Origin: Octopus vulgaris
Taxonomy: Eukaryota
Direction: 5' to 3'
DNA length: 64,000 bases
Assembly: GCA_951406725.2 (NCBI GenBank)
Contig: OX597836.1
Location: forward strand, 24,428,001-24,492,000
Shown here piece by piece: positions 1 to 15,249 of the stretch. The notes beneath the pieces are model-generated. The model was not told the DNA's origin, searched no databases, and worked only from the letters and a program-made list of their open reading frames with translations. The translations under genes and the position numbers were made by a program. The first letter of the stretch is position 1; each line of letters starts with the position of its first letter.

Positions 1-495
1 ATTTCCCTTCAGGGCCTGCAGATATTTCAGAGCCCAAGCTCCTAGCTAGAGATAAACAAGAAATGACTGAATGAAAGCAAAAATATTCCGCAAAAGTGAA
101 GGCTAAAGGTAATAACTTCATAAATAGCAATATATCCTTTTCATTTGAAGCATAAAATTGTTGTTGCTGGGACATTTTTAAAAAAGAAATCCACAAGAAA
201 AATATCAATATAGACGAATACATTGAGTCCGACTGGCCTCTGAACTGTTTGTGGAATCTGAAGATTAGGAGAAAATACTAGCCGTAAACTCAAACATAAC
301 CTGAAGGAATTTGTTGTCTTATAAAGCAAGTTAAGGACATGTCTGTTTGTGGCAGATATAACTACAATCGATGTGTCAAAAAAAAAAAAAGAAGCAATAT
401 AAGAAGAGAATACATCTAAGAGTCAGTGATGAGATGTTTACAGCCTGTATACATAAACTACAAACTTACTCTTCTTTTAGTCATTAATGGATCAC
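1..495 (+). mobile_element. Highly decayed R4/Dong-like LINE endonuclease-region remnant
   Basis: Broken frames give RKLKHN...VVL...TCLFV and VY.NYKL...VINGS, resembling the C-terminus seen at 16260-16330. Confidence 0.35.
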
Positions 496-1191
496 GATGT
501 GACAGGCGCTTTTCGTTTCCGACAATGTGAAACGACGGGACGACGATAATCTTAGTCAAGAGAAATTTAAGCCACCATGGGTGGTCCTCGCATTTATCAA
601 GGGACTTCTCTCGTTCGGATCATCCTAGGTTAGCGGAAAGATAAGACCACTTCTCAGCCTGAGAGAGACAGTCGGGTGCAGTGAGTGCACCAAGAGTCGA
701 CAATGGATACTCAAAAGCTTGATGGGGACCCGGTCCATTTGTAGGTTTAGTGGTTGGCTGCTGCCATCTTATTATGTTCATCCATCCTAGTAAATAGGTA
801 TTGTTAGGTTCTTAGATTGTCTATCAAGCCTCCACACACCAGGGTGCGACCCTTCAAGGGTGTTACCGGCTTACTTGCCAAAGGACCGACCTTGGAACAG
901 CTAACGCTTGCTTACGTGACCATCAGTAGAAGATAGTATTTCATATGTGAGCTAACGGATGGATCTTCAACAGCTATAGATGAACAAGAGATTGTGGGTG
1001 TATGGGAGATATGGATGGTCAAGTCGTATAACTATCCTTCGGGAATATTATATGATTGAATTTAGATAAACAACATCGTAACATCTCATAAATCTGAGAT
1101 AACAACAATTGTATTGACGATAAAATTGTATCGCATTTTCCGAAATTTATAGAATGAAAATTTGTGGGAATGACGACCAAGTGTACGTACA

Positions 1192-1285
<94 letters not shown>

Positions 1286-1551
1286 TGCGTGTAAGTGCGT
1301 GTGTGAATACATACACAAGCAGACACAGACACGTATATATAAGAACACATGAACACATTCATAGATATTTACGTTTACACATCTATACATCTATCCCACA
1401 CAACACCACACACATACATACACATACATACGCACATGCACACACACATACATATTCATCCATATTCATACATACATATATACATGTACGTATGTATGTA
1501 TGTATATATATGTGTATATATATATATATATATATTATGTATGTATGTATG

Positions 1552-1651
<100 letters not shown>

Positions 1652-2230
1652 GATTTATACGCATATGTGTATGTGTGTGTATATGGAGTGTAAGTATATA
1701 TATGTGCGTATATTCACGTCTATACACTGACTAATATATACACCTACAAAGCAATACTACAGAATAAATGCCATCAGGTATTCAGGATGATATTTGTTCC
1801 AACGGTAGTTTAGTCTTTACACCAAACACAGATCTTTTCAACATCCGGTGGATTAAGTCCCTTCGACTTTAACGGATTAAACCTGACCAAAGCAACCAAA
1901 CTCACTACTCCCCCCTCCCTCCACTCCCACACTACATTCCTATAAAAGCTACATTATTGCAGGGTCTTCATTATCGTTCATTCACTTTAACACTTGTATT
2001 GTTTGTTGTATTTGTTGGTCTTGTTGCTACTGTTGTTGTTGTTATTGTTGTTGTTGTTATTGTTGTTGTTGTTGTTGTCTTTGCTCTTGACTTTTAAAAA
2101 CGTTTCTTACTGAAGTTGTTCAGTAAAAGGAGGCAAGGAAAGGGACAATAAGAACATGAAATAGTACAAATATACATATATATACATATATACATATATA
2201 TATACATATATATATATATATACATATACA

Positions 2231-2391
2231 GCGCAGGAGTGGCTGTGTAGTAAGTAGCTTGTTTACCAACCACATGGTTCCGGGTTCAGTCCCACTGTGT
2301 GGCACCTTGGGCAAGTGTCTTCTAATATAGCCTCGGGCCGACAAAAGCCTTGTGAGTGGATTTTGTTGACAGAAACTGAAAGAAGTCCGTC

Positions 2392-2456
<65 letters not shown>

Positions 2457-2661
2457 GCGTGTGTGTGTTTGTGTGTCTGTGTTTGTCCCCCTAGCATTGC
2501 TTGTGTTTATGTCCCCGTTACTTAGCGGTTCGGCAAAAGAGACCGATAGAATAAGTACTGGGCTTACAAAAGAATAAGTCCCGGGTTCGAGTTGCTCGAT
2601 TAAAGGCGGTGCTCCAGCATGGCCGCAGTCAGGTGACTGAAACAAGTAAAAGAGTAAAGAG
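2231..2661 (+). mobile_element. SINE family A (tRNA-derived head, CORE-like segment, internal microsatellite), near full length
   Basis: A-box-like TGGCTGTGTAG, B-box-like GGTTCAGTCCC, then CACCTTGGGCAAGTG, internal (TA)n and a GTAAAAGA-type tail. About 16 related copies occur in the window. Confidence 0.85.
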
Positions 2662-2690
2662 TATATATACATGTGTGTGTGTATGTGTGT

Positions 2691-2734
<44 letters not shown>

Positions 2735-3240
2735 ATGTTTATAAGATCCAAGGATCAAAGTGTAGGAAGAATGTTAGCTTCAAGCAATGCGTAGTAAATA
2801 TAAAAACACAACTTTCAGGGACAATAGTGGTTTACTGAGATGGAAGGTTGTGGATTTTTTTATTATCGAAGTACGATAAATTGAAAAATGTTCTTTATAT
2901 TTCACGGTAGGCAACCAGGGTTGCCGGGTATGCGAATAAGAGAACAAGAATTAAGGAATGAAGTAGATAAGATCCAAGCTACATATGTTTCATAGCGAGC
3001 GGAACCTCTGAAGTGGCAAATATCCAAGCGAGGTGTATACCACAGGCTAACACCGCCGGTCAACTAGTCATTTTCCCCACTTATTATTCCATTCATCTAA
3101 TTGAAAAAACGTACACACACGTGGAACCCAAAAAGATCACAAAAATGCAAGCCTAAAGACTTAACGAACTTTTTCCCTTTTTCCGTTTTCTTTTCGTTTC
3201 CCCTTTTCTCCTATCTATATTCCCCCGATAAACTCTAAGT

Positions 3241-3319
3241 CATTCTGACGATGTTTGTTAGATGGAACGAGATAAATGCAAATTTATTTCGAGATAACAA
3301 ACTGAAACAGCTGTAAATG
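3241..3319 (+). ncRNA. Type I minimal hammerhead ribozyme (Penelope-like element type)
   Basis: CATT-CTGACGA-T-GTTTGTTA...TAACAAAC-T-GAAAC-AGCT-GTA-AATG. The core is complete, stem I is CATT/AATG, stem II is 8 bp plus an inner 10-bp hairpin with a GCAA loop, and the stem III loop is palindromic. Confidence 0.8.
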
Positions 3320-3548
3320 TTCTTGAACTACAATTAAACTAAGACCTTTTAATACCAATGATCAACTACTAATTGTTAATTGTTTCTCCATTGCTTTTCT
3401 TAGCTGAATATATATATGTGTGTGTGTGTGTGTATACATATACGTATATATGTATATCTATATGCATGTACGTATGTACGTATGTCTGTATGTATATATA
3501 TATATATACATGGGGGTTTGTGTGTGTGAGTGCTTGCGTACGTAGTAA

Positions 3549-3656
<108 letters not shown>

Positions 3657-3943
3657 GTGTATCTCAAAACAAATGTAAATTTCCCAACGCAAACATCGAC
3701 ATACTCGTTTACAATGGCGAAAGTATATAACGTTTCGAAACTGTTCTCACACAATATACTTAACTTTCTATAAACATGTTAGAGGAAACAGCCCATAGGA
3801 CAACTGAGATATGAAAGCGTAAGGTACATCTTAAATTTTTAAAGGACTTTAGGTCTACCAGAACGGTCAGTAAAATTACCACCTGTAACAAATTGGGAAC
3901 AATACGTGCCTCCGTGAGCAATGATTAAGGTGATTTATATATA

Positions 3944-3994
<51 letters not shown>

Positions 3995-4019
3995 TTATGT
4001 ATATTAAATATATATACAT

Positions 4020-4107
<88 letters not shown>

Positions 4108-4563
4108 GATTCATGAGATGGGACATGATGATTGGGTGATGAAATTGTGATAGAAAATGAAGGAAAAGAAGAAGAAAAAGAAGAATATAACAAATAAGAA
4201 GTAAAGCAATAAGTGTAACTTTTCTGGATCGTAAATTGCAGGAGGACGCCGCTTTTACATCAGTTTCTACTTACGAAAGACAACAATATGTGACAAAACT
4301 CGCAAAGTATACAAAAAGTGAATGCCAAACCTGATACAAACCTCACCACCAGGGCAACCTTGATACATAACCGTTTCACAGGCATTTTCAATCCATAGTT
4401 TCATCCTTCCTCCTTACCTTTAGCATTTACATGTCTTTTTCTCATTCATTTCGTTTTTAAGTTTCCAATCATTCTTCAGGCTCATATCGTACGGATTTCC
4501 ATAGCTAAAACACCAGCAGACTTTTCACTTGGCTTTCAAAAAATTCAACTAATATTTTAGAGT

Positions 4564-4596
<33 letters not shown>

Positions 4597-4633
4597 ATCT
4601 CTATCTATCTCTCTATCTATCTATCTATCTCTA

Positions 4634-4688
<55 letters not shown>

Positions 4689-4757
4689 ACCTGTCTCTCT
4701 GTCTGTCTGTCTATCTATCTATCTACACGCACACACATACACAGACATAAACATTAT

Positions 4758-4859
<102 letters not shown>

Positions 4860-5121
4860 AGAGAGAGAGACTTCATATTAGACTTTACACTAAAACGTGA
4901 ATACAAACTGTTAATCCCCAATTTTTTTATCTTTGACTTCCCCAAAAATTCTTTTTGATATTTCTTAAGATGGATACATCAAAACTGGTTATATTTTCAA
5001 TCACTCACTCTAACAAAAATATTAAACATTTTCTAGAATATACTTTTGTGCTTATCCAAATTTTCTACCATAATCTTTGATTATGGACACTTAACCCCAC
5101 TTTTCAACTATATATATGTAC

Positions 5122-5153
<32 letters not shown>

Positions 5154-5270
5154 GTACATACATGCATGCATACATGCATACATGCATACATACATACATA
5201 CATACATACATACATACATGCATACATACATACATACATACATACATACATACATACATACATACATACA

Positions 5271-5302
<32 letters not shown>

Positions 5303-5724
5303 GAAATGTTGAGATGTTGTCTGAAGAAATGCATAGGCTTTCCATTGACATGAATTCATTTTTATTAGTATTGTTATTAATATTTATCTTCTTGAAATGC
5401 ATGTCCCACCGTCTGTTGTAATCAGCGTCATTAAAAGAATTGACGCTTCGGACCAACAGCTTTGCAATATTTTATCGGGTTTTCTAGGTTTTGCAATATC
5501 ATCTCACCGATGTTAGCTTTGTCTTTCGCCCTTTAGAGGAAATACGAATGAATGATATACCAACCCAGGTTGGTGTATTGACAGAGCCTTTAGTGTCGGA
5601 AGCAATGTTTTGGCTGTTCCGGTTCAGTACGTTCTGAGTTCAAATTCCGTCTGAGAGTTCAGATTTCATTCATGGACATGTCAGTATTCTTCATGTAATC
5701 AAGCAAAATTAATAACATTGAATA

Positions 5725-5900
5725 ATTAATTACGTCGTTGAAATGGACTTTGGTTAGACATGTTCAGAGAGCATGTGACAGTGAATGGATGAAATCAAGT
5801 GACATATTGGATTTTAACGGATTAGAAAAGAAAGGGAGGACACCATGGAATAAGATGGAGGATTAATAAGCCCAGTGGATAAAGATTAAAGATTGGACGG
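5725..5900 (+). mobile_element. LINE (RTE-like) C-terminal remnant
   Basis: LKWTLVRHVQR..D.EW.K...KKGRT.W resembles the KW.W.GHV.R...GRP...W motif. Confidence 0.4.
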
Positions 5901-6888
5901 CCAAAGAAGGGATTGATTTGATTCAATTATATTCAGTTGCCAAAATTGTTGGATTGTTGGAAATATGTTTTGTGATGTGTCTTCTGGATTCCTGTGTTCT
6001 GATTTTAAATCACGCCGGGGTCAACCTTGTCTTCCTTCTCTCCGGGGTCTATAAGTGACGTAACTGATTATCGTCTTCCTCTCAAATTTACTGGTCTTCT
6101 ACCAAAATTAGAAACCATTATAAATAGATAATTATAATTAAAACAATATTACTGCTCTAACCAAAATTTAACTTAAAGTCATAAATCATATATCATAGAT
6201 ATATGACTTAGATATATCATAGAATATATGATTTAAAGTCTGAAAAACAGTAAGTAGGAAATGTAACCAAAATATAAAGCAGTCCATGAAATTTTGCAAC
6301 AGAAGATGTAAATAAATTATGCTAATGCAATAAATGTAAATAAATTATGATAATGCATTTTGGTAATGGTGTTGATGGTGATTGGGGCAAGTAGAGCAGG
6401 AACGGTATTGTAGTGAATACAGAAAAGGTGTAGCAATGAAGGCTACAACTATGGACAACTTTAGAGTGGTAAGAGATGTTGCAGGAACAGTGATTAGCCA
6501 AGATGTGGGGATGGATGGGTTAATGACGTTCATTTTAATAGCTTTGAAGATACTATGGTGTGCGTTTGCGCCTCTGTGCATGTGTGTGTATGTGTGTGTT
6601 CTTTGAGGAGCGGTCAACAAATTGCGAAACGGTCCGTTTAGACGCTTTCATCTACCTTTTCTTACTGGCGATGCTCCACGATAGCCACAGCTTGTTGGAT
6701 GAAACAGGTAAAGGAGTAAGATAGTGTGTGTGTGTGTGTGTGCGTGTATTCATATATCTATATATATTTATAAATGAATATATGTGTGTGTATGTATGTA
6801 TTTATATATACATATATATATTATATGTATGTATTATACATATAATATGTATTATATGAGTGTGTATATATATATTTATATATATATA

Positions 6889-7108
<220 letters not shown>

Positions 7109-7814
7109 GCAAGTAAGCACATACACAAACATTAATATTTAGGGAATTTGTGAGGGGTGATGGTAGGAAGGAGTGGAAATACCGATGCGGTGGAGGTGTG
7201 GAGTTGTGGAGGTGTGTAGGGGTAGAGGTGTGTGTATAATCGTAGTAGCAATAGTACAAGTAGTACCACCATCCACATCATCATCATCATCATCATCATC
7301 GCCATCATCATCATCGTCGTCATCATCACCATCATTATCATTATAACTGCTGCTACCACCGCAGTCAGCATCACTAAAACTGCCACCATCACTCTCCTCA
7401 TACCCCCCATATCCCAACTAATACCTTCACAACAACCACCACAACCCTCAAGAAGCATCACCACGACCATTACTACCGCCACAACAACAACAACAGCAAC
7501 TGTGAAAGGAGCAACAGGAGCACCACCCCCGCCGCCCCCAGCTGATGTAGAGGAGAGTGAGTGACCACACCACACCACACCCATCCACATACACAGGGGC
7601 AGGGCTAACAAACCTCTCTGTCAGGCATATATACCCTCCCTACTATCAAGCGACACCTCTGGAATTTTTAGGAGCTCAAATGGGTGTGAGAGAGAAGGGA
7701 GGGGGGAGAAAGGTGAGAGAAAGAGAAAGGGAAAGAGAGAGAAGATGACGAAAACAAGGATAGGAGAATGTGGTGACGACAGAGAGAGAGAGAGAGAGAT
7801 GATGATGATGATGG

Positions 7815-7867
<53 letters not shown>

Positions 7868-8033
7868 GTGGTGGTGATGATGATGATGATGATGATGATG
7901 AAACGTGGTGAGAGAGGGAAGGAAGTAAGGAAGGAGGGAAGAGAAAACATGAAGAAAGTACAAAAGATAACGAGAGAGAAACTGGAAAAGGGCAGAAAGA
8001 AAAGTACAGTAACACGTACAAGTACATGCACGA

Positions 8034-8124
<91 letters not shown>

Positions 8125-8226
8125 GTGGTTATGGGTGCAGAGGTTAGTGTGGAAGTTAGAGAAAATCGGATACAGGAGAAGAATCCCGGACGTCCAGGAC
8201 CGATCAAACACCCTTCATACACACCA

Positions 8227-8271
<45 letters not shown>

Positions 8272-8405
8272 TACATATACTTATAAACATACAAATATAT
8301 ACTCGCATATATACATACATACATATGCATAAATACACGCACATATATACATGTATACATATGTATGTGTATATATGTATATATATGTATATATATATAT
8401 ATATA

Positions 8406-8519
<114 letters not shown>

Positions 8520-8956
8520 ATTTATATATAGGCATATATGTGTATATATTTTCATGTATGTATACATGTATGTATGTTTATATATATATATATATCTACA
8601 TATATGTATGTGTGTGTACAGATATACATGTATACCCATCAACACGTGTGTGTGTCTATGTGTGTGTGTGTGTATGTGTGTGTGTTCATGGGTTCTCCCA
8701 ACTAGTTTTGTTTTTGTTGTCTTCAGACGGGGGCGGGTTCTTTCCCCCTGATATTCTTTTGTTAACGTCTTGGTCTAGTTCTTCCTCTCTCTCTTACGTT
8801 TTAACCTCGTCTTCTTCACGATTCCCTTTCTAATACACACACACACACACACACACACACATACGCACACACATACCAATAAATATACAGGCAACTGCGA
8901 CCAGCACACACATACATACACACACACAGACAGAGTAAAACACTCTATTTCCCAGC

Positions 8957-9010
8957 ATGGAAGATGAATCTGTTCGCCTTATACCTGTTGCCTCTCGTGC
9001 CGATCTTCGG
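8957..9010 (+). promoter_or_regulatory. Overlapping upstream ORF (first part) in Wnt10 exon 1
   Basis: ATG at 8957 in context AGC-ATG-G, out of frame with the Wnt10 ATG. It reads MEDESVRLIPVASRADLR and, after splicing, AFK* (stop at 41717-41719). Confidence 0.5.
8964..9010 (+). CDS. Wnt10: Wnt10 coding exon 1 (signal peptide MNLFALYLLPLVPIF-G)
   Basis: ATG at 8964 with an in-frame TAA upstream at 8880-8882. It encodes a hydrophobic 15-aa stretch and ends at a canonical donor GG|GTGAGT at 9010/9011. The phase-2 end matches the acceptor at 41708, giving ...PIFG-HLSNDIL. Linkage across 32.7 kb is inferred. Confidence 0.75.
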
Positions 9011-9455
9011 GTGAGTACAAAATACAATTACAATAACAATATTAACCATCATAATATTAATAATATTTATAATACTGTAATGATAAAAATAATTGGAGCC
9101 AAAGGATAATCATTATAATAATGATAATAATGGCAGAATGTTATACGACGACCATGGTAGATAATCATTCTAATGTCAATTAATAAAGAATATGAATAAT
9201 ACGAATGATGATGATGATGATGATGATGATGTACAAAATATTAATGATGATGATGATGGTGGTGGTGGTCATAAAGATAATTATATTTATAATTGTTGCT
9301 AGAGGAACGACTGTAACATTCATAAACAACCGACAATACAAGCCACAACCATAAGTAACACATACACACACATTTTATACATACTCATATATGAATACAT
9401 ACATACATATATATATATATATTTATACAAAGACACGCACACATACATACACATA

Positions 9456-9666
<211 letters not shown>

Positions 9667-9703
9667 TGATTGATAGATTGATATACATGTGTGTGTGTGT
9701 GTG

Positions 9704-9829
9704 TGTGGTAAGAAGTTTGTTGCCCAACTACATGGTTCCGGGTTCAGACCCACTGCATGACACGTTGGGCAAACCTGGTGACGGGAACTGAAAGTAGCTC
9801 GTCGTGTATATATATGTGTGTGTGTGTTA

Positions 9830-9861
<32 letters not shown>

Positions 9862-10110
9862 ATGTATGTATGTATGTATGTATGTATGTATGTATGTATG
9901 TATGTATGTGCATTTATGTGTGTGTCTTGGTGTCTGTGTAAGTCCTACCACCATCGCTTGACACAGCGGTTCGGCAACAGAGGGCGATGGAATAAGTACT
10001 AGGCTTACAAAGAATAAGTGATGGGGTCGATTTCGTCGACTAAAGGTGGTGCTCCAGCATGGACACAGTCGAATGAGTGAAACATGAAAAAGAGTAAAAG
10101 CGTAAAAGAA
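9704..10110 (+). mobile_element. SINE family A, diverged copy
   Basis: Same head, body and tail with deletions; internal (GTAT)n. Confidence 0.75.
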
Positions 10111-10695
10111 TTTGTGTGTGTGTGTGTGTAATATACATATATATATATATATTTACGTGTATGGGTGTGTTCATGCTTACATGTATGTATATCGATAGAT
10201 ACATAGAAAGGTAGGAAGGTAGCTCGTCAGTTCACCAGAATATCATGGTGATACATATATATATATAGATATACATATATATTTGTATATAAATATAAAT
10301 ATATATAAAAAAATAAAAACATATATATATACATATTATGTATGTATATATACATATACAAATATATATACGTATTTATATGTGTGTGTATAGATAGATA
10401 TACTCGCATGTATGCATACCTATGTATATATGTATGCATGTCAATGGATATTAATATTTCAGTAAATCACATACTTATATGAATATGTAGATTTCACACG
10501 TACATATATATGCATTTGTATAACGTTGTTTGTGTATATATCCGTAGTCATGTGTATGTGCGTGTGTGTGTATACAATATATACTTTTTATATGTTTGTA
10601 AATATATGCATATGCATATACATGCATACATACACACAAACTCACACAAACATACATATATATGCATATACACATTCGTGTAAATTTGTGTATAT

Positions 10696-10762
<67 letters not shown>

Positions 10763-11065
10763 ATATATATATATACATATATATATCTACTCCTGTGCAT
10801 TTGTATATTCCTCTATACTTAAATGTCTGTATATATGGAAGGATGTATATATGCATGAATACGTACATTACTTATATATAGGCATAATATAGATATATGT
10901 ATATAAATATGTATATATATCTATATATATATATGTGTGTGTGTGTGTGTACATATATATATATATAGGTATGTATATATATGAATGTATGTACCTATGG
11001 ATATATATATATATATATATATATAGCATGGATGGATTGTTTGATATATATGTATATAGACAGAC

Positions 11066-11146
<81 letters not shown>

Positions 11147-11245
11147 TAAGTATGTATATATGTGTAAATATATACGATTTATGTTTATTTGCATGTATAA
11201 TATCAATATGCATATAACTCTCCCAGTAAGCATAGAAATATATGC

Positions 11246-11298
<53 letters not shown>

Positions 11299-11370
11299 CA
11301 TGTGTGTGTGTGTGTGTGTGTGCATATATATGTATATGTATATATATATGTGTGTGTGTATGTATATATG

Positions 11371-11483
<113 letters not shown>

Positions 11484-11699
11484 CTACTAGCAGAGATGCC
11501 CGACATAGTTTCTTTTTATTGTTTTACTTGTTTCAGTCTTGTGACTGCGGCCATGTGTGAACATCGCCTTTCGACCACAGGATTTATTCTTTGTAAACCT
11601 AGTATTTTTTCTATCATTGTCTTTTGCCAAACCCTTAACTTATGGGAACGTAAACACACCAACATCGTTTATCACCTAATGGTGGTGGTACAAACACAG

Positions 11700-12226
<527 letters not shown>

Positions 12227-13757
12227 TTCGGCCGTCACCTCTTTTATATATATATGTACATATATATATAAATACATATGTATACATACAGATACATTCA
12301 TATACATACATAAATATGTATATATATATATATAGATAGATAGATAGATACATATACACATATATTTATACATACATATATATATACACACACACACACA
12401 CCTATATATATACACATACATATAAATATTTACAAATGGGTATAGAAGATATAATGAAGCTACATAATGAAAGTAATTGAAATTGAAACCATATAATAGT
12501 GAGAGACATTATTGTTTCACTTTTGACACGTAATACTGAAATAGTGTAAGAGATAAGTAATTGCTCCGGGCTCGCATTAGGCAAGAAGTTGAGAGGTTTT
12601 TTTTAGCCCATGACACTTCATGGACCCTAAGTAAGCCACATGAGAAATTTTAATGAAATCGATTTGGCAGCTCTCGAGTTTTAGTGATACACACACAGAC
12701 AGACACATATTCTCAGTTTCATTTCTATGCACATGTATATAAATACCCTCGATTATCATCGGTGGACTAATTCCTATAATTATCGAGATAGCTATGCAAA
12801 AAGTAGCCAACCTGACATTAACATAAAATATCTACATACATGGGACCCTTCACGGTTGATTTACGGTCTAGAAATAGTAGCTTAATCGTCCTCAAATCAT
12901 ACTCTACTGTCATAAAAAGTGAGAGAGACGCTGAATAATACTTGCCTAGTTCATACTGCCTCGCCCTAATCACTACTTGAAGGCCAATGATCACAGCTCA
13001 ACAGAGTCGGATCTATTTAGCGGATTAACAAGAGCAACGACATCGTTACAAGGGGTTCTCTAACTTTTCACTTGGCCTGTACGAAACAACAGAATCCCCT
13101 TCAATTTACACCAACCATCTTTAAAAGAAAACGAAGGACATCGTGAAAAATGTATTCTCGGATATTCTACATTTGGATAATAAACCAGAGTAGTCACGAC
13201 TGGAAATATAAGTCGCTTGGTGACTACCATCTCAATAATATAGGCCCATAGAGAAAGTAAAACTTTGACGCATATAGCATTTATTGATAGTAAAAGTACA
13301 GTATATATAAACGAACATTTGTCCCTAAACCTCTGGGGCTCCCAATCAACTGTCCAGTATTACAATGTCTGAGGACGACAGTGATTTTTGCCAATATAAA
13401 TCCACTTTTACATCGCTAGCTACATACATATATTCATAAATTTATACACATTAATATATACAATACATGTACACTTATGATGAACATAACTGATCTCGAC
13501 GGTTCCAAATGTTGATGGAAAGATGTAAATCCATCCGTACTTTGATGTACATAGATATATTTACACAACATATGTCTCAGCTCATATCAACTATACTTAC
13601 AGACATTCTTATCTCAATATATTGACATTCCTTTAAACATCCGTTTTTTCTATAGCATTGCCATTGGACAGGTGCCTGCTCAGAATATACTCATAAGCTC
13701 TACAACTCCAATCACACAATATACATACATGCATTCACAAAAACATAGAAAGGAACA

Positions 13758-13797
<40 letters not shown>

Positions 13798-13874
13798 ATA
13801 TATATATATGTTTGTGTGTGTGTGCCTATATATATGTATGTATATATGCATATGTATATCTAAACACACACATA

Positions 13875-13944
<70 letters not shown>

Positions 13945-13948
<4 letters not shown>

Positions 13949-14510
13949 GGATGCAGTGAATAAACTATCGTCTAAATTACACAAAAATGAAAATAACACT
14001 GACATCTTATTTTAACTGATATATTTACCAAAATTACATAAATATATCTTAAAATACCAAAGAGCAAATTTATTCAACAAAATCTCCATTGGCTTCAACC
14101 ACGGTCTCCAGACGACTTCGGAATCTCCTGCAACTCTTCTGTTTAAGTTGGCGAATGCTACCATAATCCTTGCCTTCACCTCATCTTTAGTGTTACAAGG
14201 AGTTTTGTTGCTCTCTCACTCAGCTGCGCCCCACACATAATAATCAAGGGGGTTGTAGTCTGGGGAGTTAGCTGGCTAGATGTTTGGAGCGATGTGGTCA
14301 CAGAAATTGTTTGACAATCACGACTGGGTTCTCCTGCTTGTGTGGCATGGTGCAGAGTCCTGTTGCCAGATATAGGTGTTCCATGCCACCCTCTTAACCC
14401 AAAGTGATGTAGGCTTCCGTGTTGAGGAGGCCGTGTTGGAAGATGAATGGAGGCATAGCGTCACCACCACTACTGATCACTCCAAACGTCATCCTGTTGA
14501 CCAGATATAT
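13945..14510 (-). mobile_element. Tc1/mariner maT (DD37D) transposon 3' fragment
   Basis: Minus strand reads MTFGVISSGGDAMPPFIF..., WQQDSAPCHTS...NSPDYNPLDYYVWG..., RLETVVEANGDFVE*, with 37 residues between D2 and D3. The terminus TA|CAGAGG abuts a (TA)n tract. Confidence 0.85.
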
Positions 14511-14549
14511 ACTGGTAGTCGATGTGCGCTGGCGCTTAAAGATATAAAA

Positions 14550-14609
<60 letters not shown>

Positions 14610-15249
14610 GCAAAACTAGATACATATAGTCACTGATGATCAAAGGCGTGGATTGAAAGGAGTATAGGGATGAATCGAACTTCAGGAAATAAAGCTAATG
14701 CTGTAGAAACCTTGTGACATTATGGCTTGATTAAAAACAGTCATTCGATTCCATCCGCAACACAGTTTAAGATTTCATTACAGCTGGCAACAGTATCTGC
14801 TGTTTTAGTTGCCGCTGTTGAAAATCTCAAGAATACCTAGGCTACAATTTTCACACTTGTAGCTAAAAGTGAAAAATGCCAAGGTAACACACTGTCAGTG
14901 CTTTCTGTTTATTTTGGGTCTAAATCCACTGTCGTTCTTTTTCCGAAAATTCATTGGTCGTGTCCCAGATTCTATAACAGTAAGAGACAGTGACATAATT
15001 TCTTTATATGTGATCTAAAGATCTTTGATTGAAATATTTACAATGCTGAGAATTAACTGTTGCCAAAAGAGTGGTGGAGTTTGAACAAATGAAATGTTCA
15101 TATTTAACAACTGGGCATTGAAATACTATTCCCAAACCCCAAATAATTTGAATCAGTTGTCTATCTTTCCTGTTCACTGGGCGAGGGCTATACATATCAA
15201 ATAAAGACAGAGTAACCTAAGAATAATATACCAGATTGAAAATGATATG

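Noticed and set aside
500-950. GC-richer segment resembling a LINE 5' UTR on the minus strand
   Set aside because: No coding motif and no second copy in the window, so the family cannot be assigned.
1770-1990. Possible Penelope GIY-YIG C-terminal remnant (RWIKSL..NGLNL)
   Set aside because: Too short and frameshifted to support without a profile search.
12850-13230. Old interspersed repeat also echoed near 43540-43740 and 50140-50315
   Set aside because: Similarity is visible (CTAGAAATAG...CCTCAAATCA.AC) but too diverged to fix boundaries or class by eye.
13369-13425. Hammerhead at CTGAGGA...hairpin...CTAGCTACA
   Set aside because: The GAAA half of the core is missing; at best a decayed relic.
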